From the IMG/VR virus record IMGVR_UViG_3300048592_000244, positions 32,001 to 96,000 of that record: a DNA stretch of 64,000 nucleotides; one strand, given 5' to 3'. The position numbers were made by a program, and so were the translations under genes. The notes beneath the pieces are model-generated. The model ran no database searches. It was given only the letters and a program-made list of their open reading frames with translations, and was not told the DNA's origin. This document shows positions 27,801-36,612 of the stretch, piece after piece. The stretch is from a virus. How positions within the stretch are numbered: the first letter of the stretch is position 1; the number at the start of each line of letters is the position of its first letter.

Positions 27801-30800
27801 CTATCAGACAGAAGGAACTTGAGAAGGCTGCCAGCGAACTCCAGATCAACAACCAGATGCTCATGTCTGGTCAACTGGAGAAGACCGAAAACGTCATGCG
27901 GGAAATGACCGGCTCGTTCCTCGGGCTGGCGAATCTCGCCGGGCGGCTAGAGGAGACAACAAACGAAACTGCCACCAGTGCTCGTCTGTTGTCTAAAAAT
28001 CTGCGGGCCGCTGATTTCCAGCCAGCGATTGATCTTGCCCGGCAGATCGACCAGTCGATGCCGTCGTTGCAGGACATGCGCTCACAATTCGAGCGGCTGG
28101 CCGATGCGGTTGGTATGGATGTAAAGACGCGGGAAGCGGCCCGCGCTCAACTGGATGCTGCCGAAGACAAGATCACTTCTGTATTGGGTGAGCGTGCAGA
28201 AGCCCTCGTCAAACTTACCGGCTCCGACAGCTTGCAGATTGAAGCTGCCCAGAAGGAATTGAAGGCGCTTGAAGCCAAGGCTGCCTCTGACTTGGGCACG
28301 GTGCAGGATCAGGAAGCTGTCGTCGCACAGCGCGTCAAAGTAGCCAAGATGGTACAGGCTGCTGAGACCAAGCTGATTCAGGAATTGAAAGACGCGGAAG
28401 AAGCAGTGAACGTCAACTCGGCGGCATTCGCCAAGTGGACGAAGGAAATTGATAAGCAGCAAGCGATCATCGACACGTCCGGTAAGTCTTCCAAGGCTGG
28501 TAAGGAGGCGCAGGAAAAACTTACGCGGGCGATGGAAAACCGCCAGAAGGTGGCGGCCACGGCAGAAAATGAACTCACCAAGCGTGTAGACGAAGTGCAG
28601 CAGGTGATGCTGGCTTCGCGGGCAGCGTTGAACAAGCTGCCGAATGCGGTGAAGGATTTTGCGGCCACGTTCAACCGGATCACTAATGTTGAGGGCGTGC
28701 AGACGCTGGCATCATTGGCTGCTCAGGAAGCCGCTGGTGAAGAACTACGTATCTTCACAGATCAGTATGCGAACTCTCTCAAGGAGCAGGCTGCGGAAAT
28801 TGAATTGCAGCAGCAGGTGCTCAAGGAAGAAGAAGCTGCTGCCCGCGCTCTGTTGAAGGAAAAGCGTTCGTCCGCTGTGATCCAGAAGGAATTGGACGCT
28901 GCGCTCAAGCTGTCCACCATCCGCGAGGAACAACTTGCTGTGGCTGCCAAGGGCGCACAGCTTGCGATGGAAGACATCAAGGTCGCCGAGGAAGAAACAG
29001 CGGACGCGGCCACAAAGCATGAAAAAGCACTCCAGCAGGGAACATCAGCCACGAAGGAAATGTCCACGCAGGCGCTGCGAGTCGCCGGTGCGCTGGAGAA
29101 GGCCAAGCTCGCCATTGACGAGGGCGGCCAGTCCATGAAGGAACTGGCTGTCGCCGCTGATGAAACTGCGACAGGTACTGGTACAGCGAAGCCACCACGT
29201 TCAGGCGCACGCATTGGCCAAGGACAGACTGGTCAGCTTGCCGATCTGGCCGCTGTGCTGCTTTCCGGGGCGACAGCAAAAGACATCGAAAAGGCACCAC
29301 TCACGCCGATCCGCGAGCGCATGAAGAATGCACCGGAAGTTCAGGCGATCCAAGCCTTGGTTGGAACTGAGGACGCTCTTGAGCGCGTGCTGGCCATCCT
29401 CAATCAGATCACGCAGCAGCCTGTTCAGCGCCTCAAGAAATTGAGCGACGGGTTCTCGAACTTGCTGACGTTGCTCAAGCGGTTGGAGGCGAGCCCCGAG
29501 CGGTTGGAGAAGTTCACCCAGCAGTTCTCTGGTGAGGTGATCGGCGATATGTCGCGCATGGTCGGCCTGATGGACAAGATGGTCGCCAATGTGAAAAAGC
29601 TCAAGGTGCCCGGTGGTGCGGGAGCCCGTGGGCAGTTGAAGGGTTTCGAGTCTTTTGCTTTGCGCACACAAGCGCAGCTTATGCAAAAGGCTATGGAAGG
29701 CGCTATTGATTGGTCTACGGTAATTGAACGCTGGATGGCAGCACTCCGAGCGGAATTTCCGAATGTCAAGATAGACTTGAGCGCGGGGCAGCAAGTATTA
29801 GCGACCGAACTTGAACTTGCTGCTAGAAATGCTCTCAAGCAGGTCATGGGGCGTCTGTCTGCTCGTGGTAATCAGGGCGAAAAACTGGTTGCCATGATTT
29901 TCGACGGTGCTCGTGCTGCAAAATCCAAAGCAGGCAAAGCTGGCGAAGAAGTAGCTGATGAATTCGCCGCCAATTTCCCGCAGTCGATGCCAAGGCGTGG
30001 TCCTCTGCGTGAAATGCTGACCAAGCTGCCGATGCTCGGCCAGATGATCGGGCAGCGTATGCTTGCTGGCATTGGTGTGCTCAAGGAGCTTACCAGCCAG
30101 TTCATGCGTCAGGGCTTCGAGGGGTTCCTGCCCGCTGCATTCAACATGGGTGCGAGCGTAGCTGAGAAGTTCTTTGGTGGCCTCGGCAGTGGGCTCAACA
30201 AGATTGGTGACGCGCTCCGCAAGATTCCGGTCATCGGCATCCTTGGTGAAATTCCTCTCAAGGTAGCAGGCTTCATCGCTAAGGGTCTCGGCGTCATCAC
30301 CGCAGGCATCGCCAAGATGGCGGCGCAGGTCAGCGGTGCTGTCACCAACCTCGTCAAAGAGACGAGCACGAAATTGTTGAAGCTCGGTCTGGACGCTACC
30401 CGGCTGCGTCTCGATCCGAATAACCTCCAACGCTTCAATGAGGCGATGGGGATTCTCGGTGGGTCTGCATCTGATGCGGAGGCCGGGCTTCAACAGCTTA
30501 CCCAGAGCATTGAGCAAGTGGCGCGTGGTTCCGCACCGGAACTGGAAGCGGCCTTTGCCGATGCTGGCCTGTCGATGCAGGACTTGAGCAAGCTCGGTTC
30601 TGACGAGATTTTCCTGCGCATCGCCAAGGCAGCCAACGAAGCAACCGGGGATATTCGCAAGCAGAGCGATCTCCTGCGCCTGATCGGTGCGGATTTCAGC
30701 AGCCTGCGTGGCGTGGTGCTCTCAGGTAGCGAAGCCATTGCTGACGCCTTCACCCGCGCCAACAAGAACCCGCCGATCAGCCAGAAGACGCTGGAGCTTG

Positions 30801-33244
30801 CCTCCAAGTTCACCGGCGTGATGTCGCAGATCGAACAGACCATCGAGCGCATCAAGATCATCGTGTTCGAGGAACTCGCGCCGGTACTCAACGACGCGCT
30901 GGAGACGTTCGGCAAGGACAGCCGCACGCAGATCGACTTCATTCTGGAGAACGTCCGCACAGCCGTCCGCATCGTCATCAACACGATCATGCTCGTGGCG
31001 GATTTCATCAACAAGCGGTACATCCAAGCAGGCAACGGCGCGGAGCAGTTGTTCGCGGACATTGTGGTGGCCGGACGCATCGCATGGAATGCTATCGGCG
31101 ATCTGCTCGGCATTGCGATGGAGCATGGCGTGCGTCTGGCTGGCGCTGTCCTCGATGCAGCGTGGAATTCACTTGAAGGAAAAAGCAAGAGCAAGCTGTT
31201 TGGGGTGTTAGTTTGGTTTGGTGGTTTGCTAGGAAAAGCAGGCGCGTCCATCATTGCTTTGGTAGGTGCTACTTTTGAAAGTGCTCTTGTCGTAGGCGGA
31301 AATTGGGTCGATGAAGTCAAGATCATTGCCTTGAAATTAGGGGCATGGCTGTTGGAGCAGTCCGAAGGGCTCATCAATAAAATCGGCGGTGGTGTCTTCG
31401 ACGTCATCAATGCAGTTCGTGCGTTCTTCGGCGAAGAAGCCCTCGATATACCGGGGCTAGATAAGTTGGTTCAGGGGCGTCTTGCGATAGAGAAGTCCAT
31501 CGCCTCTATCGCGGCTGAAAACGCGAAGGAAAATAAAAAGTCCCTATCGTTTGCAGAGCAGTTCTCCAAGATTTTTGGAGACATTAGTAAGAAGGTAGAC
31601 GAGGGCGGCGCGTCTTTACAAAAGATGTTCGATACTTCGCTCGCTACAGACGAAGTAAACGCGTTTCTTGAAAGCATCGAAGGAGCAAGCGATGAAGCAG
31701 AACGTCTTAGTGGCGTAATCGACCGCCTGAATAAAGATGGCACGCTAGATTTCGCCCTCTCCGGTGAGGAAAGTGTTGAACGTCTGCGCAGTGTGCTTGT
31801 TGATTTTGCTGAACGGGGCATCATCCCACCGGGTGCTGTTTCGGAAGGCACAGAACGTCTGCGTAAAGAAGCCATCAAGGCGCTGGGCGACGTCGCCGAC
31901 GAAACTGGTCAGGCACTCAAGACGGCGTTCGAGGTTGGCTTTGACAAGCTGGCAGATGAATTTCCCGAAGTCGTCGAACTGCTCAAGCAGATCGGCATTG
32001 AAGGACAGCGCGAGTTGGACGCCACGGCTGTTCGGTTGGCGAACCTGCGGAAAGAGCAGGAGAAAAACACTAAGGAGGTAAAGAAGAACCTCGCGGCGCA
32101 GCACGCTGTCACGTTGGAACTTATCGAACAGCGGCGGGTATTGGATGCGTTGCGAAAGGGTTTCGACCTACGGCGTGAATTGCGAAGTCTGACCGACAGT
32201 TTTGTTGGTCCGTTTGAAGAAGCCGCACGTAAGGTCGAAGAACTAAAACTCCAGATGCAGGAAAAGATTCTGGAGTTGCAGGAGACGTTTGCTGAGTTCT
32301 CTAAAAACTTCGATCTCGACGACCAGCTTGCGGCCACAATCGCAATGGCAGAGGGCCTTGGCCTAGCTACTACAAAAGCAACGTCTGACTTTGACGCGCT
32401 AACTACTGCCACGTTCAATCTTGTAACGGCGCTACAGGCGCTCTCGTCAGCAGACACGCCGGAAAAACGAGCGAAGGCCGAGCAAGATGTGCTCAATGCT
32501 AGGGCTGCGCTCGCTAATGCCCAAGCAAACGCGAAAAAGTCTCTTGGTGATCTGCAAGGTAAAATCACTAAGGATGTGAAAAAGGGCTTTGAAGACGGAA
32601 TCCGTGTAGCCGGTGGAAAGCCCATCGTCGATATTCTGCGGAACAACCTTATTGTGCCAGTGCTCGGTGCCTTCAAGGAAACCATCAAGGGGTTGGTTGA
32701 TGGCACTCTTGTCGAAGCCGCACGTGAGGCTGAAAAAGTCGCCGAGATAACAGGCCAGAAATTCAGCCGTGCGCTGTTCATTATCGCGGACTTCGGAAAG
32801 AGGATTTTCGAGACGGCGTTCGACAGTCTGCTTGAAAGCACTTTCAACAATCTGACCGAAGGGCTGTCTGCTTCGATTCAGGACGCGTTCAAGGACGCAG
32901 AGGGCTCGGCCTCCACGCTGGGTGACGCTGCTGGTGCAGCCATCGCCGCTGCCATCCAAGCGGCCATCGCTCTTGCCGGTCTGATCCTGTCGCGCTTGCA
33001 GGGTGAAATTAGCGCCACGGAAGAAGCAGTCGAGAGCATCGTTGATTCCAGTGAGGCTATCCGGGGCGTGATCTCTGGTTCGACCACAGTGGCTATCAAG
33101 GAGGCGGAGGATGCTTTCCGTGACGCCCAGAGGCCGATTGTAGTGCGTCTGGACACCATCATTGGACTGATGCGCTCGGCCATCGCTGGTGGTAGCATAC
33201 CGACGATCCCACTTTCAGGCGCAGGTGGCACAGCCATACCCTAA
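24869..33244 (+). CDS. tape measure protein (2791 aa)
   Basis: MALSVGEVAVDFVANLDD start; Ala/Leu/Gly/Lys-rich helical repeats with hydrophobic stretches; follows the G/GT chaperone. Confidence 0.93.
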   Translation: MALSVGEVAVDFVANLDDLFKSLEKLGEKLDEALSGKQEIKVSFDERIIAQIDKMADGVEKISNLTERVRTVAEGVFDSLDGRIGNTSEQIEKSFGGAVKNIEGQTDDFITTFINKVTKGVSRLSPLVLGQLFGATLLIERLVAGGFKLTSILPKFLVSGTGAVGIMQGLVQAVKTLNFPFLLGFLVDVSQSLLSVTTVVALLTTGLRGLTGLALRFLGKRPESQVQKFVVLLETLNAGLTDMLAKTRIFIERMFFITSGLTSIAGLLTILGTGVTGLTAVVSPFLAAVFVGISGIRLAAARVSDMLLRFRASAGDGRAQTTLFLRALRSLFPILDAIARNAKPIAKMINEFAKGGFAKRMKQVIGEFQKALSGISRIEDAINRLAATMEKTSKQVMKQMGQFISKADELFKKIGRQGARDALASIERVRSSATSATKEVQQSVAQIAPAADKAEKSATRLGARLVEMGKRTLGLIGRTGVAGTGSLLGLMLFGTSGNIAPFLAPLAQFRDRLLGGFSEVSKGARQVGDTVAESFGSGAAVEAATGFLDAMFSTLGGLLDVGVELSKKFWGVFVDPATLTSAFAFAGQTVAGLAPLLATGAGAVLTPLVLRGVKNLTVASAGVIRDAASGVWPVVRKSLVEPVKDFLLFLPRQTKRFATQTVPDMVNRLTARVFKGTVAVGERVKQFFGLAELTEEQANEKAIAAIQERTAGMREQRSALKEQLNLLQRSKDFGEDEVARRAKLKQVEDQLTTARSKAAELERKLKGDLTVDPEGAKKKLAATREEIKRLAQEASTLDAPFTEVQQRIIEAETQLRSLTDALSKELSQEAIEKLTADIKANSRPIRSAIANVGIDAGKSFASGMKAATSLVRAVLVSPFSSAATKRNIQAAASNLSKSFRSAFSAAFRIGGGILGLIPGLKGIGERLKARAGTTAGLTAGTPEEEAAKRKAAADVKAAKAQDELTQVLRAEKVVAEAAIRQKELEKAASELQINNQMLMSGQLEKTENVMREMTGSFLGLANLAGRLEETTNETATSARLLSKNLRAADFQPAIDLARQIDQSMPSLQDMRSQFERLADAVGMDVKTREAARAQLDAAEDKITSVLGERAEALVKLTGSDSLQIEAAQKELKALEAKAASDLGTVQDQEAVVAQRVKVAKMVQAAETKLIQELKDAEEAVNVNSAAFAKWTKEIDKQQAIIDTSGKSSKAGKEAQEKLTRAMENRQKVAATAENELTKRVDEVQQVMLASRAALNKLPNAVKDFAATFNRITNVEGVQTLASLAAQEAAGEELRIFTDQYANSLKEQAAEIELQQQVLKEEEAAARALLKEKRSSAVIQKELDAALKLSTIREEQLAVAAKGAQLAMEDIKVAEEETADAATKHEKALQQGTSATKEMSTQALRVAGALEKAKLAIDEGGQSMKELAVAADETATGTGTAKPPRSGARIGQGQTGQLADLAAVLLSGATAKDIEKAPLTPIRERMKNAPEVQAIQALVGTEDALERVLAILNQITQQPVQRLKKLSDGFSNLLTLLKRLEASPERLEKFTQQFSGEVIGDMSRMVGLMDKMVANVKKLKVPGGAGARGQLKGFESFALRTQAQLMQKAMEGAIDWSTVIERWMAALRAEFPNVKIDLSAGQQVLATELELAARNALKQVMGRLSARGNQGEKLVAMIFDGARAAKSKAGKAGEEVADEFAANFPQSMPRRGPLREMLTKLPMLGQMIGQRMLAGIGVLKELTSQFMRQGFEGFLPAAFNMGASVAEKFFGGLGSGLNKIGDALRKIPVIGILGEIPLKVAGFIAKGLGVITAGIAKMAAQVSGAVTNLVKETSTKLLKLGLDATRLRLDPNNLQRFNEAMGILGGSASDAEAGLQQLTQSIEQVARGSAPELEAAFADAGLSMQDLSKLGSDEIFLRIAKAANEATGDIRKQSDLLRLIGADFSSLRGVVLSGSEAIADAFTRANKNPPISQKTLELASKFTGVMSQIEQTIERIKIIVFEELAPVLNDALETFGKDSRTQIDFILENVRTAVRIVINTIMLVADFINKRYIQAGNGAEQLFADIVVAGRIAWNAIGDLLGIAMEHGVRLAGAVLDAAWNSLEGKSKSKLFGVLVWFGGLLGKAGASIIALVGATFESALVVGGNWVDEVKIIALKLGAWLLEQSEGLINKIGGGVFDVINAVRAFFGEEALDIPGLDKLVQGRLAIEKSIASIAAENAKENKKSLSFAEQFSKIFGDISKKVDEGGASLQKMFDTSLATDEVNAFLESIEGASDEAERLSGVIDRLNKDGTLDFALSGEESVERLRSVLVDFAERGIIPPGAVSEGTERLRKEAIKALGDVADETGQALKTAFEVGFDKLADEFPEVVELLKQIGIEGQRELDATAVRLANLRKEQEKNTKEVKKNLAAQHAVTLELIEQRRVLDALRKGFDLRRELRSLTDSFVGPFEEAARKVEELKLQMQEKILELQETFAEFSKNFDLDDQLAATIAMAEGLGLATTKATSDFDALTTATFNLVTALQALSSADTPEKRAKAEQDVLNARAALANAQANAKKSLGDLQGKITKDVKKGFEDGIRVAGGKPIVDILRNNLIVPVLGAFKETIKGLVDGTLVEAAREAEKVAEITGQKFSRALFIIADFGKRIFETAFDSLLESTFNNLTEGLSASIQDAFKDAEGSASTLGDAAGAAIAAAIQAAIALAGLILSRLQGEISATEEAVESIVDSSEAIRGVISGSTTVAIKEAEDAFRDAQRPIVVRLDTIIGLMRSAIAGGSIPTIPLSGAGGTAIP

Positions 33245-33255
33245 CGAGGTTGAAC

Positions 33256-33834
33256 ATGCCGAGGGCAGAGAGCTACAACCAGACGTTCCAACTACACACC
33301 TTCACCAAGGTGCAGTTGAACAAACCCACTCTCATCATCTACCCGGACCCCGCGTTCGGTGCCGGTGGTGGGACAGCATGGTCATGGGAAATTTACGACG
33401 TGGCAGCCGCCACGATTATTTCCTCCGGTGTCGAGACCTTCGGGCCGGTCACGTTCAACAACTACCGCGAAGTGCTGATCGACGACGTGACCTACGTGCT
33501 GGGGAAAATCTACCGAGTGCGGATTTTCAACAACGCGCTGGCGCTGGTGGACGAGTGGTACTTCATCACCTACTCCAGCGACTTCGCTGGCACGGCACCG
33601 ATCAACCTCGCGCTCATCAACGGCAACATCGCACGTATCGCTGGCCTGCTGGGGCTCAATCAGGTCATCACGCACGACGAACACGACAAGGGCGTGCCGA
33701 CGAAGACAACCATCGACCTGTACGACGGCGACCCGAACGATCCGGGCTCGACCGTGATCTACCAGTACGAACAGAGGAAATTCGTTGACCCGCAGTACCG
33801 GGTTGACGGGGAAATCAGCAAGAGGGTTCTCTAA
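33256..33834 (+). CDS. virion/tail protein, hypothetical
   Basis: GAGG RBS; beta-rich; follows the tape measure gene. Confidence 0.7.
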   Translation: MPRAESYNQTFQLHTFTKVQLNKPTLIIYPDPAFGAGGGTAWSWEIYDVAAATIISSGVETFGPVTFNNYREVLIDDVTYVLGKIYRVRIFNNALALVDEWYFITYSSDFAGTAPINLALINGNIARIAGLLGLNQVITHDEHDKGVPTKTTIDLYDGDPNDPGSTVIYQYEQRKFVDPQYRVDGEISKRVL

Positions 33835-34499
33835 TGGCGCTGCTCGACCATCCGAAGCTCGATCCGCAGAACGTCCACTACAATGACGTGATCGCTCTGC
33901 CCATCGCTTCCGGCTACAACTTCGTGAACCCCGGTGCCACGCACGAGGTTCGCATCAAGCGCGTGAACCCGGCGCACGCAATCAACCCCGGTCATCTGGT
34001 GATGACCGAAGGCCCTGCTGGCGAATGGACAGTGCCAGCGTGGGACTTGGCTTTGCAGATCGACGGCAACCCTGATCTCATCAACTTCGATGTGAACAAC
34101 GATCTGCTTTACATCAACCCAACGACGTTTCCTGTCGAAGACGAGTTCTACCTCGTTGGAGTCGTGGAACTTGCCACGGGCAGAGCCGTGGACATCAAGT
34201 TTCTGTTTCTTGAAAAGCAGAACCTCGACATCTTCGACGTCACGGTGGCTACGGTGGACACGGATACTCTGGAGGTGGCATTGGGATTAGCGGGCGACAA
34301 TGTGAAGCAGCGTAAGTCCGAATATCTCGCAGGCCAGATTTCCGCGTTCGAGGTAGCGATTTTCAACAGCGGTGCCGTCTTGTCGCTGGACGAAGCAGAC
34401 ATCGACAGCGACGTAGGACTGGAGAAGGTGATCGAGGCCGCCCACATCGTGGACAACATGGGAGACGTGAAAACGAGCACAACCGTAAGGACACTGTGA
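33834..34499 (+). CDS. virion/tail protein, C-terminus similar to the preceding gene
   Basis: TAATG overlap; shared GL.G.N...I.(Y/F) C-terminal pattern. Confidence 0.7.
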   Translation: MALLDHPKLDPQNVHYNDVIALPIASGYNFVNPGATHEVRIKRVNPAHAINPGHLVMTEGPAGEWTVPAWDLALQIDGNPDLINFDVNNDLLYINPTTFPVEDEFYLVGVVELATGRAVDIKFLFLEKQNLDIFDVTVATVDTDTLEVALGLAGDNVKQRKSEYLAGQISAFEVAIFNSGAVLSLDEADIDSDVGLEKVIEAAHIVDNMGDVKTSTTVRTL

Positions 34500-34681
34500 T
34501 GCCACGAGAGAGGAAATTCACCGACGAGGAAGTACGCAACATTCGGGAGAATCCAAAGGGCCTGTCGCAGCGAGAATTGGCGAAGGTTCACAAGTGCTCC
34601 CAGCAGGCAATCTACAGGATTCAGAAAAAGAAGTCGTACAAGGACGTGGAAGATGGAATGGAAAAGCGTTCAAAACTTTGA
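34499..34681 (+). CDS. stand-alone HTH protein resembling the C-terminal HTH of NUMOD4-HNH nucleases
   Basis: KFTDEEVRNIR...LSQRELAKVHKCSQQAIYRI...SYKDV; TGATG overlap. Confidence 0.7.
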   Translation: MPRERKFTDEEVRNIRENPKGLSQRELAKVHKCSQQAIYRIQKKKSYKDVEDGMEKRSKL

Positions 34682-35141
34682 GGGCCGTTACGAGGTGTCC
34701 GATGAGGGCATGGTTCGTAATTGTTCTGGAAAAGTATTGAGCCCGCGAGTCTGCCGAAAAGGGGGACATCTTCGCGTTGCTTTGTTCAAGGACGGCGTGC
34801 GCTCTGATTTCATGGTGCATCGTCTTGTTCTTGAAGCCTTTGTAGGGCCATGTCCAGATGGTATGGAAGGCTGCCACAACGACGGCGATCCGGCGAACAA
34901 CCGAGAAACGAACTTGCGTTGGGGTACGCGAAGTGAAAATCAGTTGGACAGGCACCTACACGGCACGATGCTAACTGGCGAAAATCATCCGAACTCAAAA
35001 CTTACAGACGATCAGGTGCGTGAAATTCGCCGTCGTGTTGCTAACGGCGAACAGAAGCAGACCCTTGCGGAAGAATTTCACTTGAGTGATGTAGCCGTGG
35101 GTAAATTGGTACGCCGCCAGACATACAGGAGCGTAGCATGA
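34653..35141 (+). CDS. NUMOD4-HNH homing endonuclease
   Basis: EWKSVQNFEGRYEVSDEGMVR; VHRLVLEAFVGPCPDGMEGCHNDGDPANNR..NLRWGTRSEN; lower GC than flanking genes. Confidence 0.93.
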   Translation: MEWKSVQNFEGRYEVSDEGMVRNCSGKVLSPRVCRKGGHLRVALFKDGVRSDFMVHRLVLEAFVGPCPDGMEGCHNDGDPANNRETNLRWGTRSENQLDRHLHGTMLTGENHPNSKLTDDQVREIRRRVANGEQKQTLAEEFHLSDVAVGKLVRRQTYRSVA

Positions 35142-35782
35142 GCGGGCGCACTTTTGGACGGATCGGCCACGGATACGGTGGCGCAAAGTTCGGGGCGCAC
35201 CTCGGCTCCTACTGGTCTGTTTACTCACCGTCGAACATCTGGACGCGTCTGCTGTTTCATTCCGGGCTGGACCCGCAGCATCAGGAATGTCTGTACCCGT
35301 ACACACCGGAGGAGACGGAATTTTTCACCTTCGACGTGCTCGGCCATCGTGACGTAGCGTTTGCAAAGACGCTGACCGGAAACGTCACCAGCAAGTGGCC
35401 ACGGGTTCTGGAAGACACGATCATCAAGGAGATTTTCCGGCCTATCGGCGGACTCGCTGTATCGTGGGCGTTTTTCCACTGCGTTGAGCGCATGTACCTA
35501 AAAGACCCGGATTGGGATGAAGGTGAATTTCTGATCTGGCGTCCGTTCGACAGGACATGGAAGGTCTACTCGGTGGAAATTGTGAACCTGCTGCTCAACG
35601 GTGAGGAGTGGGGGCCGGAGCACGCAGGTTGGACCGGCAATCAAGACCATCAGGCCATCAATGAGATGCAGATATGGCTGAAAATCCGCCCAGAGGAAGC
35701 GCCACAGGCCGCCCTCTTTATGACTGGTGGTAGCGAGACGCCTGAGTTCTCGTTGTTCTCGAATAACGGAGAGCCTGCTTGA
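35138..35782 (+). CDS. tail protein (distal-tail-like position)
   Basis: ATGA overlap; aromatic/beta-rich; synteny. Confidence 0.6.
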   Translation: MSGRTFGRIGHGYGGAKFGAHLGSYWSVYSPSNIWTRLLFHSGLDPQHQECLYPYTPEETEFFTFDVLGHRDVAFAKTLTGNVTSKWPRVLEDTIIKEIFRPIGGLAVSWAFFHCVERMYLKDPDWDEGEFLIWRPFDRTWKVYSVEIVNLLLNGEEWGPEHAGWTGNQDHQAINEMQIWLKIRPEEAPQAALFMTGGSETPEFSLFSNNGEPA

Positions 35783-36612
35783 CCCTCGTCTACGGCTACA
35801 ACACGCAGACGGTCGGAAATCCGTTTTGGGCAGACCGCCCTCCTCGCAACCAGTCACGCACGGACGTCGCAGAACTCAACCTCTACGACGGAGGACACGG
35901 AAATCAGGCCATCACCAAGAACCCGATCTTCGCGGGTCTTGGTCTCACGCTGCGTATGGCGCTCAACCAGTTCGCCCAGAGCTTCGTGGTGGAAATTACC
36001 GACGTCGAGGCCGACGTCACCGTGGACATCAGCAATCAGTTTGAGCGCATCGGCACTACCCGCGTCTACGAGCTTCGCGGGCGTGCTGGCTTCGGTGCGC
36101 TGAACCCGGCTGCTCGTCCTCCCGGCGACTACACCACGACCCGGACATTCAAGGTGGTGGTCACGACGACTAACGTGACAATTTCCAACAGGATTGAGTA
36201 CCTGCTCTACATCGGCTATGAAGCCGACGTGCGTTCGTGCTCGGAGCCGCGCCTTGACGACCTGACGATGCTCCAGTGTCTGCGAGAGAATTTCATCCAC
36301 ATCTGGAAGGATCACATCGTTCCGCTCAGGCAGCCCGGCGATTCACCGAACCAGCCGCTGTACTTGTTCTTCGATCAGGCCGACCAGTTGGCCAAGATGG
36401 TTCCCTGCATGTGCGAGTGCTTCAACTGGTATCAAGTCGTCACCACGGCCTTCAAGTTCTTCGTGGTGGGCGACGGCGCTGCTGCGGACGCTGCGGCATT
36501 CCCGAATGCTGCTGGCTGCAACCCGTGGGATGAAATTACCCAGATTCCTGATGACGGCGCTGGCGGGCAATGCACGTTGCCGCCCGGCTACCAGACGACG
36601 GGGTGCCCCTAA
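35779..36612 (+). CDS. tail protein, Cys-containing C-terminus
   Basis: TTG start overlapping the previous TGA, GGAG RBS; typical codon bias. Confidence 0.65.
   Translation: MTLVYGYNTQTVGNPFWADRPPRNQSRTDVAELNLYDGGHGNQAITKNPIFAGLGLTLRMALNQFAQSFVVEITDVEADVTVDISNQFERIGTTRVYELRGRAGFGALNPAARPPGDYTTTRTFKVVVTTTNVTISNRIEYLLYIGYEADVRSCSEPRLDDLTMLQCLRENFIHIWKDHIVPLRQPGDSPNQPLYLFFDQADQLAKMVPCMCECFNWYQVVTTAFKFFVVGDGAAADAAAFPNAAGCNPWDEITQIPDDGAGGQCTLPPGYQTTGCP

Noticed and set aside
34499-35141. Group I intron housing the HNH gene
   Set aside because: Flanking genes end and start with tight stop/start overlaps, leaving no room for an intron core.
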